From contig CM119380.1 in NCBI GenBank assembly GCA_051294905.1, forward strand, positions 19,778,001 to 19,842,000: a stretch of DNA of 64,000 nt. Direction: 5' to 3'. Made by a program: the position numbers and the translations under genes. Shown piece after piece: positions 48,531 through 61,200 of the stretch (the first letter of the stretch is position 1; each line of letters starts with the position of its first letter). The notes below the pieces were generated by a model. It made no database searches and was not told the DNA's origin. It was given only the letters and a program-made list of their open reading frames with translations. Source of the DNA: Botryllus schlosseri. Taxonomy: Eukaryota.

Positions 48531-49665
48531 TATCATGAAGGGTTACCAAACCATACGGCCTCTTTTTTACTTTTTTGAAAGTGTCCTCGGAGGAATTATG
48601 ATCGTATACAACTATTTACTTACTTGAGTAGATTTAAAGTCAGTCAATTCTACTTCAAGTCGTTTTAAAGGACGATATCTAGGCCAAATCGTACTTGAGT
48701 AGTTCTGCGTCGCTACTTCTACTCCTACTAGAATAGCTTAATTATTTCTTCACTACTTTGGCCACCTCTTCAAATATCAATAGTCTCTTGCAGCGGAACG
48801 TTTGTAAAGAGACTATATAGAGATATCAAATGAGCTAAGGAACACCTCTGAATTCCGGTCGCAACGGGTCATTGTTATGGCTATTGTGTTGCGGTTACCC
48901 GATTGTTCTAAACAATGCCGATGTTTCAGACTTGGAAGACAGATTCTAGGTGGATCAGTGACTGATCATTATTTTAATTTACATTTTCGGAATCGGTGCA
49001 ACAGTAGCTTTCGATCAAGACCGAATTCAGTAATTTCTGTGCTCGGGAAGATAGCTTTTGAATTGCCAGAAATCCTACAGTCGCTTACGCAAAACAATTC
49101 TCAACTCCAGCCTCGGCGAAGCGGAACGAAGCTGAAAAACCGGTCGTTTCAGTTCCATGTTTAATTTCTATAGTTAAACCATTTGTGTGACGTTTTAATA
49201 CCGGCCCTGCACTCATTAATATTAAACCATGCAGTCGAGTTATTTAATGGAATCTTAAAGCAGTACGATCATTCGTCCGACGATGATGTTCGATGCATTC
49301 CGTCCGACGGTCACATTCGATATAGTTACATATTCTATCTTCTATTTGACTGGTATAGCTCCCCAGTCCCCACGTAACAAAAGTTTTCAACTTTTTGAGT
49401 GGTGTTCAAAACTCATTTAGGTCTGAGGATATTATAATGATCTCTAGGACTCAAGTCAATGTTTCGTAGGTTACCATATCTTGAGATCCGAAAACGAGGA
49501 CACTTTTCAAAAATTCTGAAAGCCCTTTTAGTACCGGCTAAGAAAACTGGTGAATTTGAATAGTTTTCTTCTAAAACTTCTTTGCTGACTTTTATATTCT
49601 CTGCTTTACTTTTCATTCAGTGTGCAATGTGCAATTGTGCATGCCTCTTCTCTATATCACCTAGA

Positions 49666-49987
49666 TGCCCGGGGGAAGCGAGTGGCGCAGTTCGTTAAAC
49701 ACTGCAGGCATCACGACACCAATGGTTGCTGGTTCGAGTCTCGGCTCTGCCACTTTCTATGTGTTGGAGGTTTATCTGGGCTCCTCATCGCCGATCCCGC
49801 TGTAAATACAGCGCCTTGAAAAGCCCAGAAGAAGAGAGAGCCGAACTCTGGAAAGATGGCAGCTAAAGACCAGTAAAACGAAGCAAGAACGCAGAAGACC
49901 TTGTGATAATGCAATTAATGTGCTGGGCGCAAATAACCATAATTACAGGCGATAAGCGCCAATGTTGTAAATAAAACAAACAAACAA
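49666..49987 (+). mobile_element. tRNA-derived SINE with a (CAAA)n tail, inserted into an R1 repeat
   Basis: A box AGTGGCGCAGTT at ~49681, B box GGTTCGAGTC at 49731-49740, tail aaacaaacaaacaaac, and flanking direct repeat ACCTAGA at 49659-49665 and 49988-49994. Confidence 0.85.
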
Positions 49988-50512
49988 ACCTAGAGGCCCA
50001 GGGGGTGTCTGATTTCGAATACTACCCGTTTCGACATCTTCCTATCTTTTGATTGTATCGCAGTCTTGTGGTGTTTTGAAATGATGAAAATAATATTAAA
50101 CTGAAACTGATACTGAATAGTAGCCGACTCCACCGATAAACGATTTCGCCTGTACTCACTATACCCAGCCGGCAGGGAATTGGATTTGGATTTAGACATG
50201 AATTTGAAATTAGTTGGCTCATGTCTGATCCAGTGATCCTGATGTTTTCGGCTGATCGGCGTCGCCAAGTCGCTAGAACGCAAACGCCGTCGGCTGCGAA
50301 ACGGTGGTGGTGTTGGAGTTGGGAGTCTATTGTGAGTGTTTATAAGGTAGCGTATGGTTCTTCGTTTCACAAAAATTAATTTATGCGAAGAGTGTTAAAA
50401 TGTTATTGTTTTGCGCAAAGTTACGAACGCTGTTTTATACGCACGCATGGTTTTAGTTCATCATATCCATTTTACACATTTTGACAAAATTTACTTCATG
50501 TGAAGTTTTGAG

Positions 50513-51651
50513 GAGGGTTGGTGCGATGACATGCAAAATAAGGTCAATAACATGCAAAAATAAGGTCGGTCGCGACCTGCAAAATAAGGTCAGTCACATG
50601 CAAAATAAGGTCAGTCTACGTATAAATCCAAATCTATACTTCAATTACAAATCCAACTCTTTTTCTTATGAAAACTAGATTCAAAATATCGTTTCTATAT
50701 AGTAGCCTACTTTTACCTTGGAATTCATCCTCATCTATATCTCAAATCTTGAGATGTTTCAATCAAAAGATAATCATACGATAATTTCGATTACGAGGTC
50801 AGTCGCATGTGGAATAATATTATCATTCCGCACAAATTAATCGGAAGATATTTCAACAAAATATAATCAGACGATTATTACGATTACGAGGTGACTAGCG
50901 ACTGATTTTATTGTGCACATCAACACTGCTTATATTGAAACATCTTCAGATTTGAAATGTAAGTAAGCAGTCTTATTACTTTAATGTTGAAATCACTATA
51001 GGAAACATATTTGACATTACATTTGATTTTTCATAAGAAAACAGTTGAATTTAAAACTTGGATTTGTGGTAGTCCTACATATTTGGATCAAGCAATCAAT
51101 CAGGTTCATTAATAGTTTCATCGTTTCAAAACATCACAAGACTGCGATACAATGGAAAGATAGGAATGTGTCAAAACAACTTGAAGACCTTTCTTATACG
51201 ACTCATCTCGTAATCGTAATAATTGTCTGATTATATTTTGTTGTAACATCTTCATTATTAGCATATAGATGAAGAATGTCAATCATGAAAGTACTTGAAA
51301 GTAGAAAGGAAAGATATTTCAAATTTATTTTTGATAAGATAACGAGTTGGATTTGTAATTGAAGTATGGATTTGGATTTATGCGCGGACTGATAATAATA
51401 TTCTACATGCGACTGACTTGGTAATCGAGCTAATCATGATTATCTTTTGATTGAAGCATCTTAAGATTCAGCATATATATAAGGAATTTCAATGTTGGAA
51501 GTTGGCTACTACATAGGAAAGATATTTTGACTTAATTTTTCATAAGGAAAGAGTTGGAATTGTAATTGAAGAATAGATATGGATTTATGCGCAGACTGAA
51601 CTTATTTTGCAAATTATTGACCTCATTTTGCATGTCATCGCACCAACCCTA
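50513..51651. mobile_element. Foldback element with ~330-bp imperfect inverted arms, upstream of the TIR gene
   Basis: agggttggtgcgatgacatgcaaaat / attttgcatgtcatcgcaccaaccct; complementarity extends inward (~50513-50830 versus ~51340-51651). No clean TSD. Confidence 0.8.
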
Positions 51652-52244
51652 GTGGAAGTTTTCATTTTCCTTCGGAGATAACTTGGTCATGATTAACTCT
51701 GAAACAATGTGATAAACATAATAGGATATGTGACCATGTATCTAAATTCTTCAAACCGGTGTCAGTCCAATGCCGCTCGTCCGCTCGACAACGACGGTGC
51801 AGATAGCCTATTGCCTCGTAAGGCCTTTTGTCTTGGACCATCCCTCCATGCTATGCCAATTGCCGATAATGCTGAGCGCCAAGCCATGGATGCCAGTTTT
51901 ACTAATCAGGTCTTTGGTGTGTCCCGGCCTGGGATTGCACCTTCCGATCCAACAAGCTGGACGCTCTGCGTCCACCCCTACACTATCTGTCAGATACAGT
52001 ACCGTGATTGGATATATCCACTGGTATCTTAACACTACGACATGCTTGATGTTTAGGCAGCTTGTAACTAACCCAAGTCGCAATGTCGTTTTTATTGATT
52101 GTCTTCAATCTCGTATAACATAACTAGAAAGCCATTAATTATTTCCTTGGAAATTTTATTTTACCATTTTCCATATTTTGAGGGCACCTAAATTGACTTT
52201 GTGAGCCTAATATTGATGCAAAAGTAATCCGCAAACTGTGACAA

Positions 52245-55200
52245 ATGGGAAATTCTGCGGGAAAGCGTATGAACAAAGTTGAGAGCGCATCTGGAAGGAG
52301 TGGAAGCCATGCCACGTTGGCTCTGCCACCACATGTCCATGTCGGGGCTTCCACGCCTATGATGCGACGGGAAGGCTCGGCCAACATCGAAGGAAAAAAT
52401 GTTATGGTGAGTTACAGCCACCAAGATGCCGAAGTAATGAGAAGTATTAAAGGTAAGAAAACTCACTTCCTCAGTATTGCGTCTTGGACCCTTGTGATTG
52501 CTGCTGACACCGCTTCTTATGATTTCAAACACAAGATATTCTTTCGGCTACTTATTGACATACCGGTACACATGCACATTGTATCAATCATTAGGACGTG
52601 GTTTTTGATATATTCGTTCATTGTGATTGCTATAGCTATGATTTCTATTTTTTGTACCAGTGTAATAACGCAAGTATTTTGTTACAATGCGTGTATTCTA
52701 GTTTAGGACAATGTGAGTCAAACAATAGCAATGTGAGCACAATAATGTTTGATGCAATTTACCAATCTCAAACCATTAGATACTGTAGTAACATAAAACT
52801 TCGATCTGGCTTTCAGTTCAAGTTTTTATTTTGTATTGTTATTCTAATAGGCGCTTTGGAATCTGCTGGACTTACCGTATGGGTCGATGAAACAGGGCTG
52901 AACCCAGGAGCAGCGTACCTCAGAGAAATTGGTGCTGCCATAGTAGATTCATCAGTATTCCTTACCATTCTTAGCCAGGACTCTGTACAGTCCAAATATT
53001 GTCAGGTAAGGCATTCGACTAACTGAATACCTTCAGTATGACAACCATTTATCAAGGTTGGATTTAGTTCGTTCAATGACATTTAGCAAATGTAATGAAT
53101 GTTTGATGTCATCAGCTCCTAAGATATTCCACGACAACGACTTGACAGTTTTCGAACCATAGTATGACAGTAACTATCCAAAACTGACTCATTGAATGAA
53201 AGATTTTTTCAAGACATTTACAATCAAAACAAATCATTCTCTTTTGTAAGGAATGAATGAATCTATTATACAATCAAAACAATAATGATTCTCTTTCTGT
53301 CCCAGTTATTGTATAACCCAGGTTTACCAACGTCTTGGCAGCAACCAACCTAGTCGGTTTTAAAATTGATAACTTCATCACAGTTGGAATTTACTTTGCA
53401 ACATTTTTCAGTAGACTAATGGATAAATATATGCCTGCTGTATAAGTTAGGTGTAGTAGCTGGATCATCTGATTTTTAGAAATGAGAGATATAGCCTAAT
53501 TCGGCTAATTGTCTTCCGGTTTGGTCAAGCCTGGCACAATCCATGCAGGATAAAAGAGCCTGGGCATACTTTAGGATATAGCACAAAGCAATACACTTGT
53601 CATGGCATTATTTGTGAATGAATTGGATATTACATAATAATCGTTACTATAATGATTGGCATCGACTCCAGTTCCTTAGCTGAAGCTGACACATAGACAC
53701 TAGATGTAGGCTTGATAATGCCTTGAAAGTAAAAAACTTAGGGTAACGGGATTGGTTATGTAGCCTATATCCTTTAAAAATTGCAATAATGATTAAGTAG
53801 GCATAAGGTATATAAAATTATACTTATTCTTAGCTACAATTACGGCACTGCATTGATGACGTTATTGATCGTGATAGTCACGTGTTGATACTTTAGTATC
53901 ATGTTCATTCTTCCCATATACTTGTCATGTCGCAATATTTAGTGTCTTTGAAAATCAAGTATTCACAAACTCAAATGCCCTATATTTTTCCATAAATGAG
54001 TTTGTTACGACGGATAATCATCTCAATTACTTGCGGCCTGTGGGATTAGGTTCAACCAACAATCTCTTGCATTATTGATACTTCGCTAATCAGCACAATG
54101 TGTCTAGCCATTTGGCATTCATGACAGGTTTTACCATACCCGGCATTGTCATCTTTTGACGTCACTACTTCGGCTTGTAATTGAATAGAAATTTATGATG
54201 TTGTTTGTACCCCTACTTGAGTAGCATCATTGACTACTTCTGACAGCTGGTGGTGCGAAGATGAACATGAACATCTACTTGACTACTCATGAAAAGTATA
54301 ACTATTCTATTACTGACCTCCAAAGTTACATATGCACCATATATCCGTATATGTAATTTTCTGTTTTAAATTGCATTCAGGAAGAGTTGTTACAACGTAA
54401 GTCTTTTTTCAGGATGAGACGTCCCTGGCGTACATTTCCAATAAAAGTATTTTCGCAGTGTCCATAGCGCCGTACGAAGAAGTCTCGCAAGTCATGGACC
54501 TGGGGATGTGAGTTTTATTGATCAGGGTGTTTAAAATCCACCCGTGAAGGTAGCCAATGTGGATAATTATGTTCCTTTCCTGTTTGTTGTTTAGGAAGTT
54601 AACTTTGTCCACTGTCCAATGGCATTTCGTGACGCCTACGGCTATGGAAGAGGAACTGAAACCGCTAATCGAAAGTATCAAAGCTTCGTTGGCGGCCAAA
54701 ACGGAATTGGATCTGGAAGAACCCGGTAATCTACGTCAAACTCTTTCTTATGTAGAATATATACCTATATTATCATAAATATTATATATATATATTATGC
54801 TACATTTTGGAGTGTCCATACCCACTGTAAAATATTTACTCTCGATAGATGTATATCTCCTGCACTATGTTACATAATTTTTTCTGACTGCTGACCATGC
54901 CGCTTTGATTAATTAATTTTTTTTTTGTTCTAGAGGACGATCCGGAAGGAGCAAACACCAATTTCATTATTAACAAACAGGCTTTTCGGTTTCGGAAGAG
55001 ACTGACTAAAAGAGAGCTGTCGGTAGATTCAATCGACGCCGATGACGAGTCGGACGTTGCGGATCGGGAGTTTTGGGGAGCGAATTTCGGTAAAGACACC
55101 CAAGTGGAATGGAAAAGGTATTCAATTTTAGTTGCTTTAAAGCAGTGGTTCTTAACCTTGCCTTGGGGGGCGCTGGCGATTTTGAAGGGGGCGGAAACGT

Positions 55201-58200
55201 TCAGGGGGCAATATGGGGGGCGCTGGGCTCAGGGGGGCGGTATGGGGGGCGCTGGAGAAAAATGGCTTCGCAGTAGATGATGCGGTGGTAGGACATATCC
55301 CTAATGAGTATTCAGAGCAAATTAATACCGAAAACTTCGACATATAGGTTTAATTGTCCATGGGCGCCTAAATGACTGGCACCGAATGTTACTGTCTTGG
55401 CAATCTGAACCCCAGAAGACGAATTCCATCTGGCAAGGAAAAATTACATACCAGTGAAGAAATCCCAATTTGAAATCGTGTGCGTCTTTTAGTTTAGTAC
55501 GATTGGGCGACAGTCATATCTAAAGCTAGATATTCCTATTGGGCGATATGCCTGTTGGGGGATTCTATATTTTTTGATATAGCAGACAGGAGGTCACGAA
55601 ATAACATCATGCAACGAAGTCATACCAACGGGTTCGCCCGCCCGAATATGTTTAATTATTAGTTACGGGCCCTACAGTTTCCAAGACACCTCACAATGTT
55701 CGCTCTACATTTTGACGAGTCTGCGCACACTTAACAACTCACTGCGCAGACCCTTGGACAACAGTGCGTAACGACTAAAAAGAGGTCATAACTTCGGATT
55801 TGTTGTGCGCAACGTATAGATTTTCTGTGCGCAGAGACCGTGTCAGCACTGCGCACGTGCGCAGCTTAGAGGGAACATTGCACCTCACTCAGCTCTAACG
55901 GTAAATCTATGGTAACGTGAGCAGAGAGGACAAGAAATTGATTGCAATATATATGCAATTCCCGATCTTACTGACCGATTTTATCATGAATTATCGAAAG
56001 TTTTCGCGCCTCGCACTGGCTCGCTAAACAGCTGATTTCGTGGCTAGAGCGAACAACGTGATGGGGGGCGGTCGGTTTATCACCCTATGGGAGCCCAAGA
56101 CCCAAGATTTTTGGGGGGGCCTGACGAAGTGCCGTTTCGTTCCTGCCAACGGGTATACGCCCGAAGATGTATAATTATTATTGAGGGGTCCTACCTTTTC
56201 AATCACACATCACTCAGCTCTACCGGTAAATCTGTTTACGTGAGCAGAGAGAGGATAAAAATTGATATCAATATAAATGCAATTCCCGATCATATTGACC
56301 GATTCAATCATTAATTATTGAAATTTTTCGCGCTTTGCGCGTCTAGCCGAGAATTGTTGGATCAGTAAACGGACACCTAATGTAGATGACTAGTATCAGC
56401 AAATAGCGGATAGCCGAAGGAGGGTCTGGGGGCGAAGCCCCCCGGAAGTCTGGCTTATCACCCGATGAGGGGCCCAAGACCAACGTTTTTTTTGGGGGGG
56501 GGGGGCTGAGGAAGTGCTGTTACGGCCCTGGTAACGAATTAATTGTACCTACGGGCACGCCCGAATATGTTTAATTAATAATTACGTCCCCTTTATTTAC
56601 CCATACAACAGCTCACTCAGCGCTACTGGTAAATCTGATAACGTGGGCTGAGAGGATAAAAAGTTTATAGCGACTTATATATGTAATTACCACCTATTCA
56701 TTCATGCATTATAGAAAATTTTGGTACCTTAGGGCGACAAGGCCACACAAACTTTGCCTACCATCGAAATCACGCTATACGGCGTTCTTGGAGGCGAAGC
56801 CCTCAGAAGTTTGGTTTATCACGCTATGGGTGCGCAAGGCAATCGTTTTTAGGCGGGTTGACGAAGTGCTGTTACGGCACTCCCTCTTAGTCATTGTCTT
56901 TATTACATTCCTTACAATATGAGGTTGGGGGGCGCTGGAGCACGATAATTTTTGAAAGGGGGCGCTGGAGGAAAAAAGGTTAAGAACCACTGCTTTAAAG
57001 TTATAAGCTTGCTGTGTTTAGTATGAGATAGCTGTATATACATAACTTAGGTTGGGAACTATTTACTTTATGGTCAGTCCAAGGGCAGTCGACATCCATT
57101 GGTCAGTACTCGATGTGGCTTGTTATCTCTGAAAATCAATTGAAATGGTGTCTTGGTGAGATATGTCGGCAGGCTAGGTGTCTCCGCAGAAACTATTCTG
57201 TGCATCTTTTGGAGTAAGTGCCAAGCATGAGACGTTGATTGTGCGTCAACATAGGCAATGGCGTGTGCTTTTTTGTAGTACTAAATTAGGTTTTCCCTAC
57301 CTGCACTCCTTGGTGATTTACACTGCTTCCATTTCTTGCAAGTTTTTGAGACAAAAAAACTTAGTTTTTATGCTTTGGATTTTGTACAACGTAGTTGTTA
57401 GCAGACTTTTGGACAACTAGAAAATATTCAGCATTTCCAAATTTTATCACAATTAAAATTACCGGATTCGAGAAAACTTGGACATTCAATCAAGTTTCAT
57501 TAATATAAAATCATAAAATCACTCTTATGAGCGTGAAAATAGCAAATGTCTGTACAGCAAGCTTGCCTCATTTCGCACTATACAGTTCTCTTGTAGGATT
57601 TACAGGAAGTCCCGAAATTAAAATTAGAGCTAAGAAAAATTCAGGAAATTAGGTTAGAATTAGATTACTGGCAATTCGCTCTAATTACTCTAGTTAGACA
57701 AGTAGAATTATGTAGTTTTCCAAGTCTGGCTGTGGGATATGTTTGGGAGCGAAATTGTCACAATAAGTGGGCGAAGTAGCCCAGTGTCACAGTCACAGTA
57801 CCTTGTAACTGAATATATTTTTTAAAATTGCACCTATTTATAGTTTTGTTAGTCGTAAAGTGGTGCACCGCATTTTCAAGAACAGCCCACTCCGATTAAC
57901 CGAGCTGTAAGTATGCAACCCCCCGTGATCAAATGTTAATTTTTGAAGCTTCTTACTCACTCGAAGACAGCAATTTTTACACACACTGGTATTTGGGTAG
58001 AAATTCATGATACTACTCCCTAATTACAAGTAGAAGTAGCAATTTCTAAGACATGTTAAGATTAGAGCCCGACCGATATTGGATTTCTGAGCCGATACCG
58101 ATAACACCGATATCCAGTACCTCCACCGATAACCTCGATATATTCAGCCGATATTCAAAATGTATGGAATCTAGCTCAAGGCCCATATTTAACACCTCAG

Positions 58201-61200
58201 AGCATTTATTTCAACAACTTTACAGCCATTGATATGCTTGAACATGAAATAAATGATCTAGGGCAGGGGCGGGCAACTTCTCGAGTCGGCGGGCCGCATA
58301 TAGGAAAATTAAGTACTTGGCAGGCCGGATTGCTGAATCGATACAATATTCGCCCATTCATCCAAATTCCACATATACACGGAATAAATCGCATTTAATG
58401 AATACATTTTAACGACAGTAATGTCACTTCAAAGCCATTTCTCGCCGATAATGACGAAGACAATGTGGATTTGAGAATAGCATTGTCATACAGGCGCCGC
58501 CATGTCTGCTTCTATCTGATCAATCAACACACGGTGCCATCCTCAATTAAGATTTCAAGGAGTTCGATAACCCCGGTACCCCTAATTTACCAACACATAT
58601 ATTCGTTTGGATTGAGTAGGTGACGAGATAGCATCGTTGTTCAACTGTGTGGCCTGAGAAATCTCGATAATGAATTCATGCGGTCCGCGACCTCTACGAA
58701 ATTTGAAAAGTGGCCCGCGACCCGTTTTGAGTTGGCGACCCCTGGTATAAACAGTGTTTTCGTCTTACAAAAGCCTAGAAGTGTGCCGTGCTACAAGTCG
58801 GCGGTTACAGAATGAAAAATAAGAAATATCAGCCTGGTGTAATTGACCATTGTAGTCGACAAACACCATGATTACCACAAACGAAATTAGGGTTGAGTAC
58901 ATCGCAAATGCCGATAATGCAAGTCTTCTCGCTTCGACGAACTTACGCGTAAGCTCCACTCTAGCACGCTGCGCATATACGTATATAATAACATGCACAT
59001 GCAGTCACTAAAATTTGACGTTGTAAGCAAGTAGTGGGAAATCTCGGCAGACTAGGGCCGCGTGCCACATTATCATGTAAAACGGAAAACTGTCCGCGGG
59101 CCGGACAAAATCCCTTCGCGGGCCGTATGTTGCCCACCCCTGATCTAGGGGCTATAAAAATATATCAAAAGCACCAATCCAGCAGTTGCAGATTACAGTT
59201 CACGAAGCACAATTTCTCGGCGCTTTCTCCAAGGAGTGAACTTCTGTGGTCTTTCATAAATGATGTATATAGTACTAAACACAGTGAGCAGTCTTTCACT
59301 TGGTACCTAGTGGCACAGCAAGGATTGGAAATCTTTCTTCATTTCGGTTCCACCGCTCCCTTGCAGGGGATCTTTCCTTCAATGGTTTCACCAAATATTG
59401 ATATTCTTCTGGCAGAGCACCTGGAGCCTTCAGCACATCATCAACAAATAGCTGAAGAGAAAGTTGAAAACAACTCAAATTGTCCATGTCTGCAACTGCT
59501 CCACCCATCCCCCTTGGGCCTTGACCATGACCAGCATTTCAACAATCAATTGATCAATATTTTACGCTCTTTCGTCAGAATTGGCCAATGTCATCATGGA
59601 ATCAAAAATGTTCGGATCTGTTATTGGCTTTACTCCACCTTTGCTTGATTTTCTTGCCCTCTATGCTCGCATATTTCCTATCATGGTGGCCCCGCAGGTC
59701 TCAGCCCTCAGTCAGAGTGTCAGACGACTTCATACATTACTGGTATAATTAGCTCTGTTGGTACCGAACCAATAGCACTATCTTCAGAGAAACGTTTCGA
59801 CGCGACGCTTTTCTCTATCATCACGAGGGCCAGTCCAGCATGATTGAAGTTCTCATTTCTCTTACTGATTGAAATCTTCTGCAGACAACTATCCATCCAG
59901 GATCCAGCTGCTCTCTGTCTTTGGTGATCGATTGATTACTGCAGGGGGATTCCCACGAAGTCAGCGGGGCATAACGGTGATTAGTTATCTACAATATTTT
60001 TCAGATAGGAACGCCTACTGCCCGCTATGCAGCATGCACTATATGCAGCTTGGCCATTTATTTTTCTAATTTACCACCCTCACGTCTTCTATCGACTTCT
60101 CTGACTCCCTGCCACCATGTTGTGACGTCATGAAAAAGGCCGATATTTTTTTACCTTCAATGGCCGATACCGATATTTCTCTCCAAGCGTGATATCGACT
60201 CGATATTATCGGCGAGCCGATAATCGGTCGGGCTCTAGTTAAGATTACTCCGAGTGTAATTAGAATATGAAAGGGCCAAAACTACTGAAAAAGAAGTTTG
60301 AATAGCAGATTATGTCGAGGTCTATACTTGAGCGCCAGTGCTGACTAATATGACCATCTCTATTCCCGCTGATAAGCTCGCGTCAAGCTCACACTTTCAT
60401 ATGTGTGTATTGGAGTCGACCTTTATCAAAATACATCAGCTCAATATTTGTCTACAAAAGGAGTTTTGTGTACCATCGTTAAAATTGTACATTTAACGCT
60501 CTGTAATAAATTTGAGAGTTCATTCCATGCTGGTGACGTCATATTTTGTGATGCGATTGTTGATATACAATGTTCTTTCCAATTCTCTACTAGTTGCTGA
60601 CGATTACCCCTGACGAGTGTCAGCCGAAAATATTCAGGTTTATTTCAATATGGGTATAATATTCAATTGTATATTCAAGCTGTTGCATTGATGTTTCATT
60701 ATGTGCGATGTCACTCTTCACGCATCCGATGTCTCGTTGGCAGATTTGTCGAAGCCATGAACGACTCTTACCAGAAGCTGTGGGTGCAAATGACGGTTTC
60801 CGATCAACAGCGGCAGCTGCTGATCCACCTCATGAGCAGGGAAATGGCGGTGAAGAGAGGCGTCGTTACTTTCGCGCAATTCAAAAGTGAGGCGCCAATC
60901 AGCTCGCTCATTCTGGTTTCGGCCTGTTCCTAACCCCCGGCTACCTTTTCTATGCAGAGTTTTGCACCCGCGGACGAGAAGTGCTGCCGCTTTCGCAAGC
61001 CATTAGGCTGTATGCCGCTCAGACCTATGCTATGAAGGGAGTGTTTGACGTGAATTCAAGCGTTCGGCTTTCTGCTATCGATAATTTGAGTAAGTTTATG
61101 TGATCTGATCGGAGGCTCTCTTTCCGCTCTAAATTTTTTAGGTAAAACGAATTTTCATATTTTGTATAAGCGATTGTAGTTTTGGAACATGTTTGTATCA

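Larger units (their letters stand above)
58063..60237 (-). mobile_element. 2.2-kb internally deleted hAT transposon in TIR-gene intron 5
   Basis: TIR tagagcccgaccgat / atcggtcgggctcta; 8-bp TSD GTTAAGAT at 58055-58062 and 60238-60245; ccgata subterminal repeats; contains a transposase remnant. Confidence 0.92.

Noticed and set aside
49666-49750. tRNA gene
   Set aside because: It has A and B boxes but no proper cloverleaf, and it has a SINE body, a (CAAA)n tail and a TSD.
51709-52123. ORFs just upstream of the TIR gene
   Set aside because: They are open in several frames without homology or phase-compatible junctions to the TIR coding exon; more likely 5' UTR or intergenic sequence.
59034-59648. 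204-aa plus-strand ORF
   Set aside because: It spans a transposon terminus and is antisense to the decayed hAT transposase; it has no motifs of its own.
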